This document shows positions 1-6,558 of a stretch of DNA of 7,980 nt, one piece after another. The stretch is taken from NCBI RefSeq assembly GCF_006345805.1, contig NW_021828640.1, positions 1 to 7,980 on the forward strand, written 5' to 3'. This DNA comes from Octopus sinensis (taxonomy: Eukaryota). Both the position numbers and the translations under genes were made by a program. Every line of letters begins with the position of its first letter. Within the stretch, counting starts at the first letter, position 1. The notes under the pieces are model-generated. The model was not told the origin of the DNA, made no database searches, and was given only the letters and a program-made list of their open reading frames with translations.

Positions 1-283
1 GCCACAGTCAATGACTGAAACAAGTAAAAGAGAAAAGAGACCGATAGAATAAGTACTGGGCTTACAAAGAATAAGTCCTGGGGTAGATTTGCTTGACTAA
101 AGGTGGTGCTCCAGCATGGCTGCAGTCAAATGACTGAAACAAGTAAAAGAGAAAAGAGACTGATAGAATAAGTACTGGGCTTACAAAGAATAAGTCCTGG
201 GGTAGATTTGCTTGACTAAAGGCAGTGCTCCAGCATGGCCGCAGTCAAATGACTGAAACAAGTAAAAGAGAAAAGAGAAAAGA
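1..283 (+). mobile_element. Tandem array (119-bp period) of the 3' end of SINE family A
   Basis: AAAAGAGA recurs at 33, 152 and 271. Each unit (GATAGAATAAGTACT...GCTCCAGCATGGC..CAGTCAAATGACTGAAACAAGTAAAAGAG) is the reverse complement of the 3' ends of the family A copies at 2903, 5565, 5921 and 6559. Confidence 0.9.
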
Positions 284-300
284 CGAAGATACAAATATCT

Positions 301-361
301 ACAGAGCTGTATCTATTAGCGGCAATGCTAAATATGATAGCCGCAAACATTATAGTTCTGT
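301..361 (+). other. 61-nt imperfect hairpin, pre-miRNA-sized (candidate only)
   Basis: ACAGAGCTGTA (301-311) pairs with TATAGTTCTGT (351-361), including 2 G-U pairs. GCGGC (319-323) pairs with GCCGC (340-344). Paired by eye only. Confidence 0.3.
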
Positions 362-416
362 GTCTATACATGTTCCTAGTCTGGTGGTCTGATACTATTT
401 CCTCTGGGATGGCACG

Positions 417-590
417 GGTGTGGCGGCGGCGGTGGTGGTGGTAGTGGTGGTGGGTGGCAAGGAATAATTAATCAATTCCTTGATTAGCATCGGCCAGAGG
501 TTGGTCGTGATTTATATTTGCGGGGGGGGGGGGGGGGAGAGAGAAAAACAACAAAAATAACCAAAAAAAAAAACAAAAACAAAAATAAAA
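417..590 (+). repeat. Low-complexity tracts: (GGC/GGT)n, G16 run and A-rich tract
   Basis: GGC/GGT triplets at about 417-457, G16 at 522-537, A/C-rich run at 543-590. Confidence 0.8.
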
Positions 591-937
591 TCAAGATGAA
601 ATATAATTAATTTTCACGAATTTAGAACTTGTCTTGGATGCCGAAGTTGACCGACCGGTTGAATATTGGTTTTGCGTTCCGTGCTTGAATAAGCATCTTG
701 TGATCACTGAACCGGCAAACCAGCCGACCGACCGACCGGCAGGCCGATCGGTAGGCCAACAGACCAGCCGATTAGCCGTCCAGCCAGCTTGTTCGGTTCC
801 GATCGATATCGGAGATGATTGCGACTGATCGTTGCAAAAGTCGATCTGTTGTCTGTTGACGGTTCGCTTGGTTAAACATAAGCAGAAAGAAGAAGTCTTG
901 ATACGGTTCTGGGAAAGGGGAGAAATGCTTGCAGTAG

Positions 938-1586
938 TGTGTATGTATGTACATATGTGTGTATACACATATATATATGCATGTGTGTATGTATTTGTGT
1001 GTGTATGTGTGTATGTGCATCTGTGCGTACATGTATGTACATGTGTGTATACACATATATATATGCATGTGTGTATGTATTTGTGTGTGTATGTGTGTAT
1101 GTGCATCTGTGCGTACATGTATGTACATGTGTGTATACACATATATATATGCATGTGTGTATGTATTTGTGTGTGTATGTGTGTGTGTGTGTTTATATAT
1201 ATATATGTCTGTGTATATATGTATGTGTCTCAGTATTTAAATGTATGCATGTGTGTGTGTGTATTTATATATATGTGTGTGTGTGTGTGTGTGTGCATGT
1301 ACATATGTGTGTATACACATATATATATGCATGTGTATATGTACTTGTGTGTGTATGTGTGTGTGTGTTTATATATGTATGTGTCTGTGTATATATGTAT
1401 GTGTCTCAATATTTAAATGCATGCATGTGTTGTGTGTATATATATATGTGTGTGTGTGTGTATATATATATGTGCGTGTGTGTATATATATATATATGTA
1501 TATGTACGTCTCAATATTTAAATGTATGCAAGTGTGTGTGTGTGTGTATATATGTGTGCATGTATATATGTGTATGTATATATATA

Positions 1587-1618
<32 letters not shown>

Positions 1619-1890
1619 CACACACCATGCATACATTTAAATATTGAGACACATATACATATACACAGACACATGCACATATATATATATATATACTATA
1701 ATATATATATATATATATGTATGTATGTATGTGCATATGTATGTATATGTTGTATGTATATATACATGACATACATGTATGTGTATAAATACATGTGTTT
1801 GTGTGTGTATATACATATTGTCAGGGTAGGTGGGTCTGTTTTGGACATACACATATATGACAGTAGGAAGCACACACACACACATACATG
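938..1890. repeat. Compound (TA)n/(TG)n microsatellite field with an 86-bp minisatellite and a recurrent 27-bp motif
   Basis: GTATACACAT at 961, 1047 and 1133 (period 86) and again at 1311. GTGTCTCAATATTTAAATGTATGCATG-like motif at 1225, 1401 and 1508, and inverted at 1626-1652. Confidence 0.95.
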
Positions 1891-1931
1891 TTTGATGCCT
1901 TAAGAATTTTACCTACCTTTAAGAGTCTGAG

Positions 1932-2112
1932 AAGTAATTCCTTTTGGGAATATCTTGAAGCAAACCCAGAAAGCTATAAATGATAGAATGTAAATGGTAA
2001 GATGGAAACCCCTTTTGGGGAGAAAAACTCAAAGGATTTCCAACCAATATTTGCATGCTATTAATTATAGATTCATGTGTGCACTTCGAGACATTCCAAA
2101 AAGGAATTACTT
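1932..2112. repeat. Long imperfect inverted repeat / fold-back (MITE-like)
   Basis: 1932-1960 AAGTAATTCCTTTTGGGAATATCTTGAAG matches the reverse complement of 2084-2112 at 26 of 29 positions. Similarity continues inward to a loop at about 2020-2027. Confidence 0.8.
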
Positions 2113-2129
2113 TATATCTACCTCCCTAC

Positions 2130-2574
2130 TTTTTTTTCTCTCTCTCTCTCTTTGTCTGTATCCATCCATCTATCTGTCCGTCCGTCTGTCCATCTATCTA
2201 TCTATCTATCAATCTATCCATATATCTATCTCTCTCTCTTTCTTTCTCTCCCTCTCTTTCTCTGTCTATCTATCTATCCTTCTGTCTATCTGTCTATCTA
2301 TCTATCTGTCTATCTATCTCTCTCTCTCTTTATCTATATATCACTCTTTCTCTATCTATCTATCCTTCTATCTATCTGTCTATCTCTCTCTCTCTCTCTT
2401 TCTCTATCTATCTATCTGCCTATCTATCTATCCTTCTGTATATCTATCTGTCTGTCTATCTATATATCTCTTTCTCTATCTATATCTCTCTCTCTCTTTA
2501 TCTCTCTTTCTCTAGCTATCAATCTATCTATATCTATCCATCTATCTCTTTCTATGTGTATGTGCATGTATATA

Positions 2575-2605
<31 letters not shown>

Positions 2606-2785
2606 GTGTATGTGTGTGCATATATATGTGTGTGTGTATTTATATATATGTCAGTTTATATGCATGTGTCTATGTATATATGTATGTCTCAATATTTCAA
2701 TGTATGCATGTATCCATCCATCTGTCTGTCTCTCCCCTTCCTACCTCTCTCCCTTCCTTCTCTCCATCTCCCCCCCCTCTCTAAA
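2130..2785. repeat. (TATC)n/(TC)n microsatellite followed by a (TA/TG)n tract and a pyrimidine tract
   Basis: Direct inspection. Includes another copy of the TGTCTCAATATTT.AATGTATGCATG motif at 2685-2710. Confidence 0.95.
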
Positions 2786-2902
2786 TATGCTTGTGTGTTT
2801 GTGCATGCATGCGTGTTTAACACCTTATACCTAAGCATGCCATGATACAGCTTATATATAAATGCTGCTATATGATTGTGTATGTATTTCTTTTATCTTT
2901 GA

Positions 2903-3312
2903 CTTTTCTTTTACTTGTGTCATTTCGACTGCAGCCATGCTGGAGCACCACCTTTAGTTGAGCAAATCGACGCAAGGACTTATTCTTTGTAAGCCTAGTT
3001 CTTATTCTATCGACCTCTTTTGCTGGACTGCTAAGTTACGGGGACTTAAACACACCAGCATCGGTTGTTAAGATGTTGGGGGGGACAAATACGGACACAC
3101 AAACATATAGATACACACACACATACAGACACACACACATATATATATACAATGGGTTTCTTCCAGTTTCTGTCTCCCAAATCCACTCACAAGGCTTTGG
3201 TCAGCCTGAGGTGAGAGTAGAAGACACTTGCCCAAGGTGTCACATGGTGGGACTGAACCCGGAACCATGTGGTTGGTAAACAAGCTACTTACCACAAAGC
3301 CACTCCTGCGCC
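2903..3312 (-). mobile_element. Full-length SINE family A (tRNA-derived head, CORE-like domain)
   Basis: Minus strand starts GGCGCAGGAGTGGCTTTGTGGTAAG (A-box-like) and carries GGGTTCAGTCCC (B-box-like), then GTGACACCTTGGGCAAGTGTCTT (resembles the CORE-SINE core), an internal TA/TG tract and an AAAAG tail. Homologous copies occur elsewhere in the window. Confidence 0.88.
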
Positions 3313-3337
3313 TATATATATATATATATATATATAT

Positions 3338-3540
3338 GTGATCTCTTGAGCACCACCAGCAAAAAAATTTTTTCCTCTGTCTTCCCTTCTCGGGATCTTT
3401 CCTTCTCCTTTGTTTCCGACGAAGAGCTCCGCTCGAAACGTTAAACCCTCCTTCCCTTCTTTCCTGAGCATCAAATAATACTTTAATTGTTCCACGTCCT
3501 CACATTGGTGTGTTTTTTTCTGTGTTTTCTTGTTTGGATA

Positions 3541-3543
<3 letters not shown>
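3338..3543 (+). mobile_element. Short element in a (TA)n tract carrying a minimal hammerhead fold; probable Penelope-like terminal fragment
   Basis: Bounded by (TA)n at 3313-3337 and 3544-3579. Contains the hammerhead-like motif at 3412-3446. Confidence 0.6.
3412..3446 (+). ncRNA. Minimal type I hammerhead ribozyme motif (core variant CCGACGA)
   Basis: Stem I GUUU (3412-15)/AAAC (3443-46); core CCGACGA (3416-22; consensus CUGANGA) plus an extra A; stem II GAGC-ucc-GCUC (3424-34); GAAA (3435-38); palindromic AACGUU in place of stem III; cleavage triplet GUU. Confidence 0.65.
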
Positions 3544-3579
<36 letters not shown>

Positions 3580-3581
<2 letters not shown>

Positions 3582-3990
3582 AATTAAGGACTGAACACGA
3601 AAAGTGGACAGTCAACATGTTAGATATAGATGTCAAATCGCCATTCTCCACAAAAAGTCTATGTTCTCAGATCAAACTCAACACAAAACCAAAGCAATAA
3701 ACAAGTGAAAAATATACGAAATAAATATTTACCCATGTACTAAATTTAGTTTCGGTTGTTATTTTCCGCAAGGAAAAGTGCAACTATCATCAGCATGGTC
3801 CCATATAAAATGCAATTTGCTATACTAAATGCCAATACGATACCGAAATATCGCGTGCATGGAGTACGGCCTATTACATTTGAAATATATATTTCAAATG
3901 TCTCTACTTTTGGGCGATGAGACCCGAGAAAACTAGCCTGCAGCTAAAGTTAGCAGCAGTTAATTTATCGGTTGAGAGAACAAATATTTA
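3580..3990 (-). mobile_element. Second hammerhead-bearing element between (TA)n tracts; probable Penelope-like/retrozyme-type fragment
   Basis: Complex sequence bounded by (TA)n at 3544-3579 and an AT tract at about 3990-4050. Contains the hammerhead at 3733-3798 and several hairpins. Confidence 0.55.
3733..3798 (-). ncRNA. Type I hammerhead ribozyme
   Basis: Minus strand reads CCAUG CUGAUGA ua GUUG cac UUUUCC uugc GGAAAA uaa CAAC c GAAA CUAAAUUUAG UA CAUGG. This gives stem I CCAUG/CAUGG, an intact CUGAUGA and GAAA core, a long stem II, a palindromic stem III and a GUA cleavage triplet. Confidence 0.8.
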
Positions 3991-4004
3991 TATAAAATTT
4001 ATAT

Positions 4005-4009
<5 letters not shown>

Positions 4010-4048
<39 letters not shown>
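4010..4048. repeat. (TA)n microsatellite
   Basis: Direct inspection. Confidence 0.95.
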
Positions 4049-4055
<7 letters not shown>

Positions 4056-4145
4056 GTATGTTGCGTTTGTGAAAATCCTCAATTTTAATATTTAGATATT
4101 GTTTATTTAGGACTACATTAGCTAATGTATATAGTATAGTAGTCA

Positions 4146-4225
4146 GTGTTTGTTGTTGTTGTTTAGCCCCAGGTCAGTCCTGATCCAGTTGTACAATGAT
4201 CAATGACAGTCCCCATATCACCTTA
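4146..4225 (-). mobile_element. Possible degraded 3' end of a retroposon with a (CAA)n tail
   Basis: (GTT)n at 4147-4163 abuts TTTAGCCCCAGGTCAGTCCTGATC, which resembles a recalled octopus repeat end. There is no second copy in the window to confirm it. Confidence 0.3.
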
Positions 4226-4568
4226 ATTTATTCCTACATACTCTCTCTTCCATATTTCTACTGTTTCCAATGTATTTTTCCATTTATAATAGAAGATTTG
4301 GCTGTTATTTCTAGTATTGTGTTGTTATTTCTAGTGGCCTTTTTAATTTCCCAAGAAAGAGAAATTTTCAATAACTAAGGATCTGGTTTAAGGAATTCTA
4401 TGGTTGTTAGTTTTGAAACCTGACACTGCTTTTTGTTTTTATTTTGATGGATTGGATTGTCTTGTTAAAAGCTGATCAATTAAAAGCTCATCAATCAATA
4501 ATTATCCAACATGATCAATACCTCATTCATGATTCTTGACTGCTTTCATGTTTACATTCATGGTTTTT

Positions 4569-4745
4569 GCACGTAAAAATCACCATCTGAACATTGTCGA
4601 TGCCGGTTCCGCCTGACTGGCTCCCATACCAGTGGCGCGTAAAAAGTACCATTCGAACATGGCTGATGCCAGTAACCCCTGACTGGCTTTCGTGCCAGTG
4701 GCATGTAAAAGGCACCATCCGAATGTGGCCTATATCAGTACTCCC
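4569..4745 (+). mobile_element. SINE-like family C, 5' part (66-bp internal tandem repeats), interrupted by an insertion
   Basis: GCRYGTAAAA..ACCAT recurs at 4569, 4635 and 4701 (period 66). The period continues exactly at 5290 once the 523-bp insertion plus duplication is subtracted. Confidence 0.8.
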
Positions 4746-4818
4746 AAGTGGTTAAGGCATTGGGTTTGAAATTCAATGGGAGTTTCCCACACAGGAACGT
4801 ATCCTGTTCACAGTGCAA
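4744..4818 (+). pseudogene. 5'-truncated tRNA-Ser retrocopy (anticodon reads TGA; possibly decayed from CGA)
   Basis: D-loop AGTGGTTAAGGC; anticodon stem TTGGG/TTCAA with loop TTTGAAA (anticodon 4767-69); long variable arm GGGA-gtt-TCCC; T-stem ACAGG/CCTGT; 3' acceptor strand TCACAGT; discriminator G, then CAA. Colinear with eukaryotic tRNA-Ser. The 5' acceptor strand is missing and the T-loop is mutated. Confidence 0.85.
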
Positions 4819-5049
4819 GGCGGTGAGCTGGTAGAAACATTAGCACACTGGGTGAAATGCTTAGTGGTATTTTGTCTGCCGCTACGTTCTGAGTTCAAAT
4901 TCCACCGAGGTCGACTTTGCCTTTCATCCTTTCGGGGTCGAGAAATTAAGTACCAGTTATGCACTGGGGTCAATATAATCGACTTAATCCGTTTGTCTGT
5001 CCTTGTTTCTCCCCTTTATGTTTAGCCCCTTGTGGGCAATAAACAAATA
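4819..5049 (+). mobile_element. SINE family B, monomer 1 (tRNA-related head; Nin/Deu-like central motif)
   Basis: GGCGGTGAGCTGGTAGAA head, GAGTTCAAATTCC B-box-like motif, GGTCGACTTTGCCTTTCATCCTTTCGGGGTCGA..AAATTAAGTACC central motif and an A-rich end. A second copy follows directly. Confidence 0.85.
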
Positions 5050-5254
5050 AGAAACGTTAACACGCCGGGCAAAATGCTTAGTGGTATTTCGTCGGCTGCT
5101 ACGTTTTGGTTCAAATTCCGCTGAGGTCAACTTCGCCTTTCATCCTTTCAGGGTCGATTAAATAAGTACCAGTTATGCACTGGAGTCACTATAAACAACT
5201 TTGTCTGTCCTTGTTTGACCCCTCTGTGTGTAGCCCCTTGTGGGCAGTAAAGGA
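5050..5254 (+). mobile_element. SINE family B, monomer 2 (lacks about 14 nt of the 5' end)
   Basis: Colinear with 4833-5049 from AGAAAC onward; ends TGTGGGCAGTAAAGGA at the target-site duplication. Confidence 0.85.
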
Positions 5255-5526
5255 ATATCAGTACTCCCTGACTGGCCCCTGTGCCAGTGGCATGTAAAAA
5301 GTACCATCCGAATATGATTGCTGCCAGTCCCACCTGCAGGTTGCATGTAAAAAGCACCTACTACACTCTCAGAGTGGTTGGCATTAGAAAGGGTATCCAG
5401 CTGTAGAAACATTGCCAGATCAGATTGGAGCCTGGTGCAGCCTCCTGGCTTCCCAGACTCCAGTCAAACCGTCCAACTCATGCTAGCATGGAAAGCGGAC
5501 GTTAAAAACGATGATGATGATGATGA
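5255..5526 (+). mobile_element. SINE-like family C, 3' part with (GAT)n tail
   Basis: Resumes the 66-bp repeat (5290, partial at 5343), continues GGTTGGCATTAGAAAGGGTATCCAGCTGTAGAAAC and ends GGACGTTAAAAAC(GAT)5. Confidence 0.8.
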
Positions 5527-5564
5527 CATGCAGATATTTATACACACATACATAATTACACATG

Positions 5565-5911
5565 CTCTTTTTCTCTTTTACTTGTTTCAGTCACTTGACT
5601 GCAGCCATGCTGGAGCACCGCCCTTTAGTCGAGCAATCAACATCAGGACTTATTCTTTGTAAGCCTAGTACTTATTCTATCGGTCTATTTTGCCAAACCG
5701 CTAAGTCACAGGGACGTAAACACATCAGCATCAGTTGTCAAGTGATGTTGCGGGGCTTCTTTCAGTTTCCATCTACCAAATCCACTCACAAGGCTTTGGT
5801 CGGCCCGAGGCTATAGTAGAAAACACTTGCCCAAGGTGCCACGCAGTGGGACTGAACCTGGAACCATGTGGTTGGGAAGCAAGCTACTTATCACACAGTC
5901 ACTCCAGCGCC
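5565..5911 (-). mobile_element. SINE family A copy with the internal microsatellite segment deleted
   Basis: Colinear with 2903-3312 from tail to head, but jumps at about 5750 from GATGTTG directly to GGGCTTCTTTCAG. Confidence 0.88.
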
Positions 5912-5920
5912 TATATTTAT

Positions 5921-6122
5921 TCTTTAATTTGCTTCAGTCATTTGACTGTGGCCATGCTGGAGCACCATCTTTAGTCGAGCAAATCGACCCCAGGATTTAT
6001 TCTTTGTAAGCCTAGTACTTATTCTATTGGTCTCTTTTGCCAAACTGCTAAGTTACGGGGATGTAAACACACCAACATCGGTTGTCAAGCGATGGTGGTG
6101 GGGACAAACACAGACACACACA
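5921..6122 (-). mobile_element. SINE family A, 5'-truncated copy (3' half only)
   Basis: Matches 2903-3110 and stops in the internal (CA)n tract. Confidence 0.88.
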
Positions 6123-6124
6123 TA

Positions 6125-6546
6125 TTTTATCATTGTTCCAGTCATTTAACTGTGGCCATGCTGGGGTACCGCCTTTAAGAATTTTTAGTTGAATGAATCA
6201 ATCTCAGTACTTTTACTAAGGGTTAGGGTTACTATTAAGCCTAGCACTTATTTCATCAACCTCTACTGCTGAACTGCTAAGTTACAGGCATGTAAACACT
6301 CCAACACTGGTTGTCAAGCAGTGGGATGGGGGACAAACAGACTCAAAAAGACATACACACAAACACACACATTTATACATACATATGTACAACAGGCTTC
6401 TTTCAGTTTCCGTCACCCGAATCCACTCACAAGGCTTGGGTTGACCCAAGGTTATATTAGACGACACTTGCTTAAAGTGCCATCCAGTGGAACAGAACCC
6501 AGAACGATGTGGTTGGGAAGCAAGCTACTTACCACACAACCACACC
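6125..6546 (-). mobile_element. SINE family A, older or diverged full-length copy
   Basis: Same tail-to-head order with many more substitutions; head ends at CCACACAACCACACC. Confidence 0.8.
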
Positions 6547-6558
6547 TATATATATATA

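Noticed and set aside
395-490. Minus-strand 31-aa ORF MLIKELINYSLPPTTTTTTTAAATPVPSQRK
   Set aside because: Short, largely produced by the (ACC/GCC)n repeat, with no splice or homology support.
634-828. 64-aa plus-strand ORF in the CpG-rich segment
   Set aside because: Needs a non-ATG start, includes tetranucleotide-repeat-derived sequence and resembles no family I recognise. A small exon cannot be fully excluded.
591-1903. Long overlapping ORFs rich in C/V/Y/M/I or H/T/Y/I
   Set aside because: They are translations of TA/TG dinucleotide repeats, which lack stop codons in several frames on both strands. No protein-like domain is present.
1994-2845. ORFs of 173-259 aa rich in S/L/I/Y
   Set aside because: Read-through of (TATC)n/(TC)n microsatellite.
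3911-3933. GCGATGA...GAAAA as a third hammerhead
   Set aside because: The core deviates from CUGANGA and no consistent stems I, II and III can be drawn.
4744-4818. Functional tRNA-Ser gene
   Set aside because: The 5' acceptor strand is missing and the T-loop/B-box is mutated (AACGTAT), so it is treated as a retro-pseudogene.
4569-5360. Regularly spaced GCRYGTAAAA repeats resembling a CRISPR array
   Set aside because: The intervening sequences are homologous to each other (a 66-bp tandem unit), the context is eukaryotic and there are no cas genes.
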